The notes under the pieces are model-generated. The model was not told the origin of the DNA, made no database searches, and saw nothing but the letters and a program-made list of their open reading frames with translations. From an uncultured Nitrososphaerota archaeon (GTDB taxonomy: Archaea; Thermoproteota; Nitrososphaeria; Nitrososphaerales; Gagatemarchaeaceae): a stretch of 64,000 bases of DNA. This document shows, piece after piece, positions 1-12,449 of the stretch. Position numbers and translations under genes: made by a program. The stretch's first letter is position 1. Every line of letters begins with the position of its first letter. The stretch lies in contig CAVRAG010000004.1 in the NCBI GenBank assembly GCA_963718895.1, positions 32,001-96,000 on the forward strand. The letters are read 5' to 3'.

Positions 1-1162
1 GGGCAACCAGGACACCGTGAGCTTCACCGACCAGTTCCAGGTCAGCTTCTCGATCAACCCATCGGGTGTCGGAACCACTAATCCCTCTGGCTCGAAGGTT
101 TGGGAAGACTATGGACCTCTATCGATAAGCGCGACCCCGAACACAGGGTATCTCTTCAACACCTGGTCGACCGATGTCGGAGGCATCTCGCTAGCCTCAC
201 CAGGGAGAGCCTCTACGACAGCGACCATTCTCGGCCCAGGAACCATTACGGCGACATTCTCAGCTCCGGTGACCCAGCCCATAACCCTCGCTCTGGCAGA
301 GCGGCAAGGCACGCCCGCCAACTTCACGCTCTCGGGTTGTTCGATCTCGCCCCTGTCTCTCCTCGGCGACGGCAAGTCGCACTCCTTTACCGCGCTCCCC
401 TCTTGCCAAGTAACCATAACGGTCGCATCTGGTTCCTCGAGTGTCAGGTACGGTTTCGATGTGGCGGACGCCATCTCGGGCACAGTTTCCGTCATGACCT
501 GTCCAGGGCAGACTTGCTCGGACTACTCGCCGACCTACTACGAGCAGATCAGCCAACAATTTGCGTATTCCGTCGTTGGAGGCGCTGCGCCCTATGTCAA
601 GGCGCCAGTCCTCAATTACTCTGCGTTGGGATCGTCGACATCGTACACGGAGACTGGAAATCCTACAGCCCAGTGGCTCGACTTTGGAACATCCTGGTCA
701 TTGACCAATCCACTTCCTGGTTCAGGCGGCTCGGAGAGGTGGTTCGCGTTCGCAGCGGCGTCGGGAACGGCCGCGACGGGGGGCGAGAACATCACGAGTT
801 ATCAGCACCAGTATTCCGTGCTGATTGCAGCGACTCCGGCAGACTGCGGAAGCGCCTCACCTTCCGGCGTCAACTGGGAGAGTGCGGGGGACAACTTCCA
901 GGTTACAGGGATAACGAATCCTAATTGTACTTTCTCTGCATGGGGAGCGACCGGAATCATCGCGATAGCCCAGCCAGACCAGCTCTTGACGACCGTATTC
1001 GCCGATTCCAACGGTACCCTGACCGCATCTTTCTCAAGAAACCCAGTGCCAGCGTTACCGGCAAGTACGCTCGTTCTAATCGCGGGGAGCGGAGCAACGG
1101 CGGCCGCCGTCGGGATAGTCGTCGTTGCAAGTAGGCGTGTTCGGTCGAAACGCGCGCGATAA
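1..1162 (+). CDS. C-terminal part of a large cell-surface (S-layer-associated/adhesin-like) protein with InlB B-repeat-like beta domains and a C-terminal TM anchor; 5' end lies outside the window
   Basis: S/T/G-rich ORF. Repeated ISATPNTGYLFNTWS / TNPNCTFSAWG...TLTASF motifs. Ends PVPALP + hydrophobic helix + RRVRSKRAR. Confidence 0.75.
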   Translation, partial: GNQDTVSFTDQFQVSFSINPSGVGTTNPSGSKVWEDYGPLSISATPNTGYLFNTWSTDVGGISLASPGRASTTATILGPGTITATFSAPVTQPITLALAERQGTPANFTLSGCSISPLSLLGDGKSHSFTALPSCQVTITVASGSSSVRYGFDVADAISGTVSVMTCPGQTCSDYSPTYYEQISQQFAYSVVGGAAPYVKAPVLNYSALGSSTSYTETGNPTAQWLDFGTSWSLTNPLPGSGGSERWFAFAAASGTAATGGENITSYQHQYSVLIAATPADCGSASPSGVNWESAGDNFQVTGITNPNCTFSAWGATGIIAIAQPDQLLTTVFADSNGTLTASFSRNPVPALPASTLVLIAGSGATAAAVGIVVVASRRVRSKRAR

Positions 1163-1517
1163 CTAATGTTTAGGAAGGGATTTCAATTGGCGGCACTCAA
1201 GAGAATTCCGTAGTGTTCTTTGAGCCACTTCAGTCGGCCTTGTCTCTTGAGCTTCAAGGATGCCGCACATGGGAGCGACGAAGGCGTTCTGTGCTGCCAG
1301 AAGGTTATGGAATTGGCCGCGAAATGGAGGCAAGAGAACCCTGACTGAAGTTAGACCGCGGGGCATGCCCTTCAACGACTTCCAATGTTACAGGGTAATC
1401 GTCCGAGATGCACTGCACGGAGTCGGTTGTCAGGCGTTTCCCAAGAAGTGTGGTGCTCAGGTGGGAGATAGAACATGCGTCCGGCGGTTGCAAATGCGTT
1501 TCCAACTCCTTACTCAA

Positions 1518-2288
1518 TCACGAGTTGCTTCGGGCGCAAAAGAGTTGGAGATCGCTGTGATACGGTTCAACCTTCCCCTGATATCCCAACCCCTTCAAGA
1601 ACTCCAAGATGACCTCCCCGCTATCGCTGAACAATGGGTGAGCCTCGCCGACAATCTTTGGATGGAACCTCTCGAGGGTCCTAGTGGCACCTTTGAGGAC
1701 CTTGAGTTCGTATCCCTCTGTGTCTATCTTGATTAGATCGAGGTGAGAGAGATCTTCGCTTTTGAAGCAATCGTCCAACGTCTTTATCTCGGCGAACTGT
1801 TTCCCGATTAGAACCCTGTTCCCGTGACACGAAGGCATGAACGTAGTGTCGCCAGAACTGGCGTATATGGAGAGTTCCGCGTGCAGCATGGGTATGTCCC
1901 CGAGGGCCGCTCTTGCCGGCTTCACGTTTGTGAGTCCGTTCAGTCTGATGTTCTTCAGCAGGAGCTGGTAGTTTGACTCCAACGGTTCGAAGGACATAAT
2001 CCTTCCACTCTCGCCGACAAGGCGCGAAGCCCGCAGGGTGAAACATCCGATGTTGGCTCCAGCGTCGACGACGAATTCGCCTGGTCCAGGCTTGAAGAAT
2101 CTCTCATATGGCCTAGCCTCGAAAATCTCCTTCGAGACCCCAGAGTCGGACCCACTGGTCCGCATGGCGACTCGTGTCCCGTTCTCGAGGGAAGTGGTGT
2201 AGGTCGAAAAGAGATTCCGGCCTATGATCCTCACGTATTTCGTCTCCAAGAGAAAGCGCTGAATCCTCGTATCAGGTCTGGGTTTCAA
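1518..2288 (-). CDS. FkbM family SAM-dependent methyltransferase
   Basis: VVDAGANIG, SFEP and DLIKIDTEGYELKVLKGA motifs. Confidence 0.9.
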   Translation of the reverse strand: MKPRPDTRIQRFLLETKYVRIIGRNLFSTYTTSLENGTRVAMRTSGSDSGVSKEIFEARPYERFFKPGPGEFVVDAGANIGCFTLRASRLVGESGRIMSFEPLESNYQLLLKNIRLNGLTNVKPARAALGDIPMLHAELSIYASSGDTTFMPSCHGNRVLIGKQFAEIKTLDDCFKSEDLSHLDLIKIDTEGYELKVLKGATRTLERFHPKIVGEAHPLFSDSGEVILEFLKGLGYQGKVEPYHSDLQLFCARSNS

Positions 2289-2516
2289 TTGGAATCACAG
2301 ACTCTGGACAATGAGCTATCAGAAATCGAATTGTGGCGCAATGTGGAGACGTGAACGCATCTCTGTATTTTAGCACTCCTGGAGGAATTCTACGAGGGCC
2401 TGCAGATTCTCCCCAACCGGGGAGCATGTTAATCGCCTTCTAAACGTAAATTGATAGTTCGTCTGCCCAAGGGCCTCCCGTTATCAAGTTCGTAGGTAGA
2501 AACATCTCTGGGGTGC

Positions 2517-3670
2517 CTACCTTGGCTGAAGTTCGACACTCCGTTGTAGTCTTGGGCTCGTTTTCGTCTTGCGTCCGGCAAATCGCTGAGTATCGGGAGT
2601 CTGAACTCTGAGAAGTATTGCAGTTATGATTCTTTCCGCCGCCTTGCCATCTCCATACGGATTGGTCCATTCCCTCTTCAACTTACTCATTCGTTTAGCG
2701 GAAAGCAGAATCTTATGTGGGTCTAATCCGGCTAGAACGTTGCATCCGATTCTAATGGTTTCTGGTCTTTCAGTGTTTTCGCGCAAAGTCACGCATGGAA
2801 CTTTCAGAATGCAAGCCTCCTCTTGGACTCCCCCTGAGTCGGTCAGTACCAATTCGGCGTTCTTCAACATCTTAAGGAAAGTTAGATAACCTACCGGTTC
2901 GATTAGCTTCAGTTCGTCTCCAATCGGGATGCCGAAGTCCGAAGCTTCTTCCGCGAGCGAGGGTGGATGGGCCAGATGACGGGTTTTCCCAGCCATTCCG
3001 CGACGATACGTAACCCATTCAACAGAAGCCGGAGCTTCTTCTCATCATCTACGTTTTCCTGACGATGGAGTGTTGCAAGTATATACTTGCCCTCACTCCA
3101 CACTCCGCGACTCTGAATTCCTTCAGATATGGCGAGGTTCTGCTTAACTGCATCGACTATTGTGTTACCGGTTACATGGATTCTTCGAGGGGAAATCCCT
3201 TCTCGAAGCAGATTCTGACGTGTTTCCTTAGTTGGAGCGAAAAGAAGATCCGACATGTGGTCAGTCAGCATTCTATTAATCTCCTCGGGCATCTCTCGAT
3301 CAAAGCTTCTAAGACCTGATTCAACGTGGCCGATCGCAATGTGGAGCTTGGCAGCCGTCAAAGCTGACGCGAGGACAGTATTCGTGTCACCTTGAACGAG
3401 AACAATACCGGGATTCTCGGTCAGGAATATCTTCTCTAGCCCAATAAGCATCTTTGCTGTCATCTCAGCATGGGTTCCAGAACCCGTACCGAGGTTGTAC
3501 TTTGGGAGTCTCAAGCCTAATTCTTTGAAGAAGATACCGTCCATATTCGATGAGTAGTGCTGACCGGTGTGTATCAAACAGAAGTCCAACTTGCGGTCTT
3601 GAGCTTGCCGGATTATCGCGGACATCTTGATAATCTCTGGCCGAGTGCCAACAACGATAGCGATCTTCAT
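2517..3670 (-). CDS. wecB: UDP-N-acetylglucosamine 2-epimerase (non-hydrolysing); frameshifted near 2940
   Basis: GTRPEIIK, HTGQH, QGDTNT, HVESGLRS, TLHRQEN in ORF 2909-3670. TDSGGVQEEA, LRENTERPE, NPYGDG in ORF 2517-2996. Confidence 0.9.
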
Positions 3671-3688
3671 TTTTGCATCGGTCCTGCC

Positions 3689-4939
3689 TTACGACAGTAT
3701 GGCCTCATAGGCCGCTGTTATCTTCCCCACGGCTCCGGCCCAAGTGAATGAATCTATTGCTAACGTATGCTCCGCCATTGAGACTTGAGGCCCTGTGCCA
3801 CTTTCCTTGATCTTCCGAAAAGCAATCTTCAGCTCGGATACGGTACCATCGTGCAACAACACTGTCGGGCAGCGCTTGAGTTGTTCCCTAAACACACCCA
3901 AACCGTTTGCATTCACGATAATGGGTTTTCCCATCATGAGGGCTTCTGCGAAGGTAAGGTTGAAATTGGTCAGCTGTCCGTTTAGAACGATGACGTCGCA
4001 GGCAGCGAGGAACTCTGGAATGCGTGAGTGCTCAATGGGGCCTATGAATTTGATGCGCCGTTCGTTACGATGGCCCTTTACAAGAGCCAAAATCTCGCTG
4101 TAGTATCGAGAATCCCTGACTTCTCCTGCGACTAACAGATTATCACCGACTTCAGCCCAGTCAAGAAAGGATGCCACAACCTCGCGCACTCCCTTTGTGG
4201 GTTCAATTCTTCCTAGAATACCAAATACGACAGAATCCTCATTGATGCCTAAGCTCTCCCGAATTTCCGTTCCGGAAACGTGGATGGGATCAAACAACGT
4301 CGTGTCAACCCCAGAGAAGAACGAGGAAACTGACTTGATTCCCATTTTCTCGGCCTTAATTGCGGCGCCGGTCCCATCTTCGTGCATTAAGTACCAATCG
4401 TAGCTGAGGCAGTAGCAGAGTTTATCATAGCAGCGGTCCCGGGACCAACGCATCCAGAAAGTCCCAGGAAAGGTTACAACGATTGGCACCCGAGTGAGAA
4501 AGGCAACCGGATAAAGACTGACGGCCATTCTTGGGCTGAAGACATGCACCACATCGGGCTGTTCAGAACTCATTACGCGAAGAAGCCACTTCGAGGAACT
4601 CAACGCGAGGCAAGGCACGTAGCTATTGTTGACAAAGAACTGTGTAAGAAGAGCGAGTGGCTTGCCGACGCCCGACTTGTATCGCAGAATTCTGTCGACT
4701 AATCCCGCGAATCGCCATTCAATTCGTCGCACTGGCATCAACCGCGTCGCTCGTACGAAGTGCCTGAAGACGCGTAGGTTTCCGATACGTTCTTCCGATG
4801 GTAAATCTGACCTCGTAGTGAAGCACGCCACCACGACATCGATGTTATGACTGCCTAGTCGTTTCGATATCTCATCGACAAGAGTCTCGTATCCCCCGAC
4901 TTCTGGAAGAAAGCGATAGGCTACAACAAGGACCTTCAT
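3689..4939 (-). CDS. GT4 family glycosyltransferase
   Basis: MKVLVVAYRFLPEVGG start, GRIEPTKG, FAEALMMGKPII. Confidence 0.85.
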   Translation of the reverse strand: MKVLVVAYRFLPEVGGYETLVDEISKRLGSHNIDVVVACFTTRSDLPSEERIGNLRVFRHFVRATRLMPVRRIEWRFAGLVDRILRYKSGVGKPLALLTQFFVNNSYVPCLALSSSKWLLRVMSSEQPDVVHVFSPRMAVSLYPVAFLTRVPIVVTFPGTFWMRWSRDRCYDKLCYCLSYDWYLMHEDGTGAAIKAEKMGIKSVSSFFSGVDTTLFDPIHVSGTEIRESLGINEDSVVFGILGRIEPTKGVREVVASFLDWAEVGDNLLVAGEVRDSRYYSEILALVKGHRNERRIKFIGPIEHSRIPEFLAACDVIVLNGQLTNFNLTFAEALMMGKPIIVNANGLGVFREQLKRCPTVLLHDGTVSELKIAFRKIKESGTGPQVSMAEHTLAIDSFTWAGAVGKITAAYEAILS

Positions 4940-5244
4940 CCAGTCATAGGACTTCTCGCTTCGCTTTAAGTTTCTACCTACGTACGACAATGCAGAGTCC
5001 TCTTGTTAATGAAGACAAGGATCATCACACCCCTCAAGGAATGAACATTATGATGACATGGAGAGGACCTAGAATTTGAAACGTGAGCACTCGACGAAGA
5101 AGATTTGATATTTTCGCGTGTAACCTCACGGGAGTGGGCGTCGGAATCCCAACACTTGGTGAGATAACGGCACTCATGGCCCGAGACTAGCTTGTTATGT
5201 AGAAAGGATTTATCTTGCCTGGCTGGTTGACGGGTTCGCAACTG

Positions 5245-5998
5245 ATGGTGGACTACTCTGTCTGCATGCTCTGCTACAACTACGTGGAACGGTTGAGTGA
5301 GAGCCTTGATAGTATCCTCGGACTCTCAGAGTTCGCTTCAATCGAGGTCATAGTTGTCGATAACCAGAGCAGCGACGGGTCCCGGGAGGTCCTCTCCGAA
5401 TACCATCAGCGAGGACTGATAAAATGCATTGAAATGAAGTGCACGCGGGGGAAGGGCCGGCAAGTCGCCGTCGAAGCGAGCTCAGGCAGGTACGTGCTCG
5501 CTCATCTCGATTGCGACGACATCTTCCCGTTTCCGGCCTAAAAAGAGCTCCTAACGCTGTACCATAGGGACTATGAGGGGACGATGCTCGTGACGAAGAG
5601 GACCAAAGTCGACGAACGCTCAAACGTAACGATTGGGCCAAGGATGATTTGTTTCTAAGCCTGGGCTGGCGCGATATCAATTGGTTCGAGGATTGGGACC
5701 TCTGGAACAGGGCGAGGGCCGTAGGCAAGTACCAGTTCCTGCAATACCCCGAGTCCTTCTCACCCCACTTGGCCATCAAAGTCAGGATGTCCAGAAGAAG
5801 AAGACTCTTGAGTCGTAATGTGATGACTTTCGGCAGATACAGGGACATGTACCGAATCGGTAGGCCTGTCTTTCCCAAGGGCAATCCCCCTGTCGGTCAG
5901 CGTCTGCTATTCGATTTGGCTCGTGCAGATGTCTTTCTCAGACGCTCCAAGCTTTAAGCCGGTCCCCGACCCCTCTTTTGACTCGAACAAGGCTTGAT
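5245..5998 (+). CDS. GT2 family glycosyltransferase (frameshifted)
   Basis: SVCMLCYN, VVDNQSSDGS, HLDCDD (DxD), then GWRDINWFEDWDLW in the next frame. Confidence 0.75.
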
Positions 5999-6103
5999 AG
6001 GTAAGTCAATCCTCTTCCAGCAATCTGGATAGCTTAGCCGGGCGTCTCCCGGCTAGGGTTTGCTCCGTCTTGCTCTCGGGCTGGCTGAGAGTTAATGGGC
6101 GGT

Positions 6104-9100
6104 TCAGGCACATGCTATTCCTTGCTCCACCTTCTCCCTCCGCCTAATTACCAAGAATACAAGCATCCCCGCCTCTGCGATGACAATCGCTACCTCGAAT
6201 ATCGTAATCACCGGCTGCTGTGGAAGGACCGCCGGAGGTGGCACAGGAGGAGTGTAGAAGACGAACCGCAGAGTGTCGACTCCGGTCGACTGGTACTTCA
6301 CGAAGAGGCTGTCGGTCTTTCCGTCAAAGTACCAACCCGACGTTGCAGTTGTAGAGTTGACCGGCTGACGATGCCTGCGGAAGACTCGTCCTGTCATTGA
6401 GGAGAATCTGACTTGCCGACTCGTTGGTCGAGATCATGACGAGGACCGACTGGTTGTACTTTCCGAGGACGGAGTAGAGCGATTGATCGGGGTAGGCAAA
6501 CTGCGTCTGCACAATCGCCGACGAGTAGCCGATCAGCGGTTCGCTCCTGGACACGACGACGACCCCAAAGGGCCTCCGCTGGCACCGTCGTCTGGATCCT
6601 CACGTCTGAGCCGGAACCGAGGGTCACATTGGGCCCCGGTATCTCGACGGCCTTCCAGGACGATGGTACCCCATAGTAGCTGCCGTTCAGGTCCAGCGTG
6701 AACGTCGAAGCCGAATTTCGAGGGTTATGTACCCACACGAGCAGCGGACTTCGTAGTCCCTTCGATGCTGTAGGTCCCCGTCGAAGAGGTTTGGGAATCT
6801 GTTGTCTCGTACCAGAACGGTGGCTGGACGCCGGCAGCGCTGGAGAGGATGTTCGACATGACCACCAATTGGTCACTCGTTTGGGGAACGACCGAGCTCC
6901 CAAAGCCCACGAAGACGACCTTCCCTAGCCCGAGGGCTCGGCCGAGATGAGCAGGTGGTCGACCGCGCTGTGAGCGACGTGTTGTGACGGTCTCTGGAAG
7001 GAATCGTTGGCATATCCTGTGTGCACGAGAGCGGTTTGAAGAAACGATGAAGCGTTCAGTACAGGTGCCGATGAGGCATTGGTCACTGCGACGGTTGGCA
7101 GCGCGCTCAGATTGGCGAACGCGGCGTCCGTCGTCACGAGTTCGCCCCCGTTCCGCACGTATCGGCTGAGCAGGCCCCGGCCGACGGGGAGATAGTTTCG
7201 TTGCTCGAGGAGACCCAGAGGATGGCTTTGAACGATGAAAGGTTGCTCTGAATCTGAAGGTTGGGGTTCGCGCCAGGTTGATGTAGGTCGCGTTGAAGAC
7301 GTTCGAAAGGAAGCCCGTCAGGTTTGCAGCAGATTGTCGCCGACGACGAGGACCTTGCTCGACGTGCTCGATCCGAAGGAACTCCCCACGTACGGGACGT
7401 AGTTGAGCTGGTTCGCCAAGTCCTGACGCCGCTGGAGGCACACTCTGCAGCAGGGAAGGGGGGCGTACGAGAACTGGCCGGCCCCCGAAGCGATTGCGCT
7501 CTCCTCTCCCTTCAGGAGTTCCTCGCAGGTCAACGTGGAGTTCGCCGTGGGAAGGACCACTATGTCTTCAGGTCGAGGCTGGTTCACGACGTTCGCCTGC
7601 GCGTTCCTGTAGAACTCGAAGCTCTTCCCGTGAAATTGGAGAGCCACTGTGTGAATGCTGAAGGTCGACAGCTCGGACGCCTGGACGTAGGCGTTCCATC
7701 CTCTGAGCGGCCCGCTGGAGACCGAGAAGTCATGGTTCGTGGATAGGTCTTGGCCAGGGTCTGATGTTATACTGTGGCGGCTGGACAGGTGGGTGCTTCC
7801 AGCAGGTACTCTGAGATCAGCGCCGTCGTGTTGCTGATGTCCTTCCAGGTGAGGCCGTTGTCATTTGAAACGACGGCGCTCGAGTTGACGGGCACGTCTG
7901 GGGCCGATTCAGGTAGAACAGAGAGATGACGTTGATAGTCTCCGCCAATTGGATGGATCACGATCCAGTACTCCTGACCCTTCTGCAGGTTGGCGACGGA
8001 GGAGAATTGGACGAACTCCGGACCATAGTCAAGGGTGATGTTGCCAGCATCGTACACTCCCGACCCAAGCGGGGAGACCGTGGGCTTGCCGTCCGCCCCG
8101 GTCGGGTTTATCGAGATGAGCACGTGCGGCCCGGGAATCAGCGGGCCGATGTAGATCCCCTCCACCGAGTAGTCGATGAGGCGACGAAGGGTTGGGCGAA
8201 GATGCTGTTCGCCGTCAAGCTGTTCGGACCTGAGCCTGCGACGAACGTCCCGAGGGTCTCCTTCGAGAGGGTGACGGTGAACGCGAACTCCGTGGGTCCT
8301 TCTGATGGATTGTTCCAAGAGGCTCCGCCGTTCCGGAGACGAGGACCAGAAACTCGAAGGGACTGGTCAATCGGCCAAAGGTGAACATCTGGGTGGAATT
8401 CGCGGAGAAGACGATCCAGTAGTCCTTTCCCGCGCGTTACTGCTGTGCTAAACCCTGAGATGTTGAGGAGGCCGTTTTGTGGGACATGCGTGCGCCGGGA
8501 CGTCGTTGCTGCAGAGCGGCTTCGGTGCCGACCCGTCCGGCTTGCTTCCCCAGATAGCGACCGAGAACGTCCCGGAAGTGTAGTTCTGGTTCGTCCCCTG
8601 GCGCTGGTCCATGAGGATCTGCACCGATTTCAGGGTTTCGTTGGCGCTGGGTGAGAACCTGACCGCATCCATGTAGCCGGTCGTGACCGCGTCGTTGCCG
8701 TTGCTCGTCATCCCACCCCAGTTCCGGAGGCCCTGAGCTCCAGTCGACATTGGCCAATTGAAAGAGCAGGGTCTGGCTCTGGTTCTGGAACCCTGCCTGT
8801 GGTGGGTTCGTGGTGACGTATCTCATCACAGGTCGTCCACGTGACGGATGGGTCGGTCACGGTGAGCAGGTACTCGTGGCCGGTCACGGTCGTCACGTTG
8901 CCGTTGAGGGCGATCGGAACCCAGTTCTCCAGGCCCTGCACGAGCGCCTGGCTCAGCAGCCCGGTCGCGACCACCTTGCCGCCATCCGTGGTGTCGGTGA
9001 TCGTTAGGGTCGCGTTCGCTGGATTGTACGCCCGGTCGGAGAGGAACAGGAACACGGTGTTGAAGGAGAATGCGTGGGTCGCGGTGAACGGCTGCGCAGG

Positions 9101-10418
9101 GGCGCCGACTGCGGCCTCTTGATAGGGGTAGATCGCAAGGTTCTCGCCAGCCTGGTTCTTGAGCCACAGTATTGTGGAACCGTGCTGCAGGCCCGGACCT
9201 ATCGCGGACTGCGCAGCGTACGCGGTCGCGTTGTTGATCGAGGTAGTCTTTCATGTAGAGGGTGTAGTAGTTGTTCTCGGTCGCTCGAAGGACTGGAGAA
9301 CTTGACCCAGTACCACCCCGCTGAGAAGTTCCCCTTGCCTGGACCCCGCTCTGCCAGCCGGTGGAGTTGGTGAAGGACGAGGCACTCGCGATTCGAGCTC
9401 GCAAGCTTCCTGCTGGAGTCCAGGCCGCCGTTCTTGTCTCCGAATATCGTCACGTTGAGGCTGCCCGGGTTGCCCACTTCATTGCCGTACCACCCCACCT
9501 GGAGCGTCGTCGTGTTCGAGGGAATCTCGAAGCGCATCTCCACGAAACTGGTCGCGCTTCCGCTTCCGTACACCTGGTAAGGCGTGGATGTCATCCACAA
9601 CTCCGGAGGACAGGACTATCGCAGGCTGCACGTTTCGATACTCGCTCCAGAGAGCGTCGAGCTTCCCGTTCGGAAGATAGCCGGTCCCGTTCACGTCGGC
9701 GTTGTAGTATGGCGAGTTGACGAAGCTGCTGATCGAGACGTTCGAGTACCCGATGATGGGCACCGATCCGCCCGTGAGCGTAGTACGGGTTGCTCTGAGA
9801 GGAGCCCGTCCCGAGACCGACCCAGCTGGGGTGCGTCCCGTAGTAGGAGTACAGCATGCCAAGGTCGCTCTCGAGGTAGCGGGCGACCTCCGGATTGTCC
9901 AGGGATACGAATGCCGCGCGGGTGCCGTTGGAGTAGTACGTGGCGACGGTGGGATCTATGCTGATAAGGCTGTCCACCCACGGGGACCCAAATCCTTCCG
10001 TGGTGAGCTGTCCCACGTAGAGCACGTTGCTGAGGCCCATCACGTCGCTGGCGGTAAACCAGTTGTTGACCCAGGTCTGATATGGCGGGCTGCCGGCCGT
10101 GAAGTTCTCCCAGCCGATGTCGAGCAGGACCTCCCTCACGTTCAGGGGGAGAAACGTCTTCTGTATCACCTTCTCAAAGGCGCTGACGCTGATGTTGCCA
10201 CCCGTCAAAGCCTCCAGGGAGCTCAGGGTCACCCTGTCGCCTGCCGCAAGTGTGGCGAAACCGTGGTCGGCATACTGAGAGGAATTTGCCGTGTTGGTCT
10301 GCGCCTGCGCGATGGAGACGAAGGGGCTGCGACGAGCAGGAGAAGTATCAGTGGCAGCGCGGCGCAGGACAGACTCAGAAGGTGACCTCTTTCCGCTTCT
10401 CAACCGCATTCTTCTCAT
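6104..10418 (-). CDS. Very large (~1400 aa) secreted, C-terminally anchored protein with a GH42-like N-terminal region; many frameshifts
   Basis: Signal peptide (LPLILLLLVAAP..AQAQ) recovered across a frameshift. SLDNPEVARYLESDLGMLYSYYGTHPSWVG is GH42-like. Beta-rich middle, VRNGGELV, then Pro-rich linker + TM + RRREK. Confidence 0.65.
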
Positions 10419-10482
10419 CTCGAGGCGATTAGTCAAGAAGTCGGCTCGCCCGTGTCGCGATTCCGGAGACTGATGCATCGGG

Positions 10483-11301
10483 TCAATACCATCCTAGCGT
10501 CCCGTCCTTCTTTGCTCTGTTAAGGCCCCACCGATAGACGTACACGGAGATGGGGACCAGGACGAGTGCGTAGGCCAGAGTGACAAGGAACGCCTCTGCG
10601 ATTCCCGGATTGAGGAGTGAACCTGCCTCGAGGGTCGAGAGCCTCATGATGTGATATATCCAGGTTTGAGGCAGAAGCCAGGAAACAGTCGAGAGTCCTG
10701 GAATGTAGTTGTTCAGCTGGGAGACGGGATAGGTCAGACCCGAGAGCAGGGACGCGGCCATGGCCAGGCCCCACGTTATCGGGTCGGTGACCTTCGTCAC
10801 TATCCTTATCCCGGTCGAGATCATCGCCAGGCAGAAGATGATCAGGCTGGAAATGAGTATGAGCGACGACCAGGGAGATGTAGTTTACCACGAGATGCGG
10901 CCCCGAAGACGTAGATGCCAAGGTAGAGCTGAGGTATGAAGAGTATCACCGAGAGGATGTAGGTCCAGAGCGAAGTCCCCAGGACGAACGTGGGCGTCTT
11001 GATTCCCGTCATGAGTATCGTCTCCAGAGTCCAAGGATTCAGCTGCTTCTGGACTCCGCTCCCGAGCGGGAGGACCAGGTTCGTCACCAGGATCCCGACA
11101 ATCAGGAACGAGACGTAGTCGGTGTTGTATTGGGGACGACGTGATGCGATCGTTCCTGTAGTCAGCATTAACACCCCACGCTGCGATGCCGATGACGGAA
11201 GTCGCCACCGTGGTGAGGATCTGGCTCTTGTAGGTGGACCAGTTGTAGATGTCCCGCTTCGTCAGAGCCCAGACCTTTCTGAACTCGATGGGCGACTGCA
11301 T
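10483..11301 (-). CDS. ABC-2 type transporter permease (frameshifted)
   Basis: RKVWALTKRDIYNW, DYVSFLIVG, TLETILMT, LLSGLTYPVSQL, SWLLPQTW. Start overlaps the ATPase stop. Confidence 0.85.
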
Positions 11302-12368
11302 TACGACTTGTCTCCCCGTGTGAGTCTGATGAAGGCCTCTTCCAGACTCGGTTGGGACGCCTCAATCCCCACTATCCTCAGCCCGAGAGAGGAGAGCGTC
11401 TCGAAGATCTTGTTGTAGTCCACGTCCCTGGTGGCCTCGACGCTCGAGCCGGACGTTGGTCGTCTCGGGGTCCTTCTTCACACTCGAACTGCGTCACTCC
11501 GTCGATATGCGAGATCTTCCCGAAATCCTTCTGCGTTGACTCGCAGCCCGTTCCCAGAGATGCGTTATGGTCATGTTGACCTTCTCTGCGATGGCGTTCC
11601 TGACTTCGGAGGGGGTCCCGGTTGCTACGATGTGTCCCTTGTTCAGGACGCCTATCGTGTCGCAGACCTGCTGCGCCTCCGGAAGGTTGTGCGTCGCCCA
11701 GATCGAGCGTCTTTCCCCTCTCCTGCACGAGGACGTTCTTCAGGAATCGCTCTGAAGTCGGCGGCCGAGGCAGGGTCGAGGCCGGAGGTCGGTTCGTCGA
11801 AGAGGAGGACGGAAGCGTCGGTGAGCAGCGCCCTGCCGACGAGCAGCTTTCGGGTCATCCCGGTCGAGTACTTCTGGAACATCTGATCCGCCGCATCCGC
11901 GAGCTGGCAGAACTCCAGAAGTTCGTCGATCCGCTTCGCGGCCGTCTCGCTGGGAATCCCGTACAGCGTCGCGTAGAACTGCAGGTTCTGTCTCCCGCTG
12001 AGCCGGCTCTCGAATCCCCACCCCTCAGCGAGGACGGCCTGGAGCTTCTTCAGAACGGCCCTGGGCTGTTTCACCACATCCGTCCCGAAGACCAGCGCCT
12101 GGCCCGAATCCGGCAGGACGAGGGTCGAGAGTATCTTGATCAGGGTGGTCTTCCCTGCGCCGTTCGGTCCGAGGAGGCCGAATACCTCGCCGGGCGCTAT
12201 CGTGAAGTTGACCTTGTCCAGCGCGGTCATCTGGCGGTCCCTCTTCCCCCGGAGCACCGAGAGGTAGGTCCGAAACTCCATCGAGCTGGTTATCTTCCTC
12301 ACCCGCACGTCGTAGTGCTTGGTGATGTCGATGACCTGCAGCGCTGGGACTTCCGAAGTAGCAGTCAT
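11301..12368 (-). CDS. ABC transporter ATP-binding protein (frameshifted near 11720)
   Basis: Walker [10 protein letters not shown], signature YSTGM, Walker B LLFDEPTSGLD. Confidence 0.9.
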
Positions 12369-12449
12369 CGGATAACAGAACCTCGGCGGGGCCGTAAAAT
12401 GCTGGGCTTTCAACCTTTTCACCGCGGGACCAGTGGAGGTTCATGGGGT

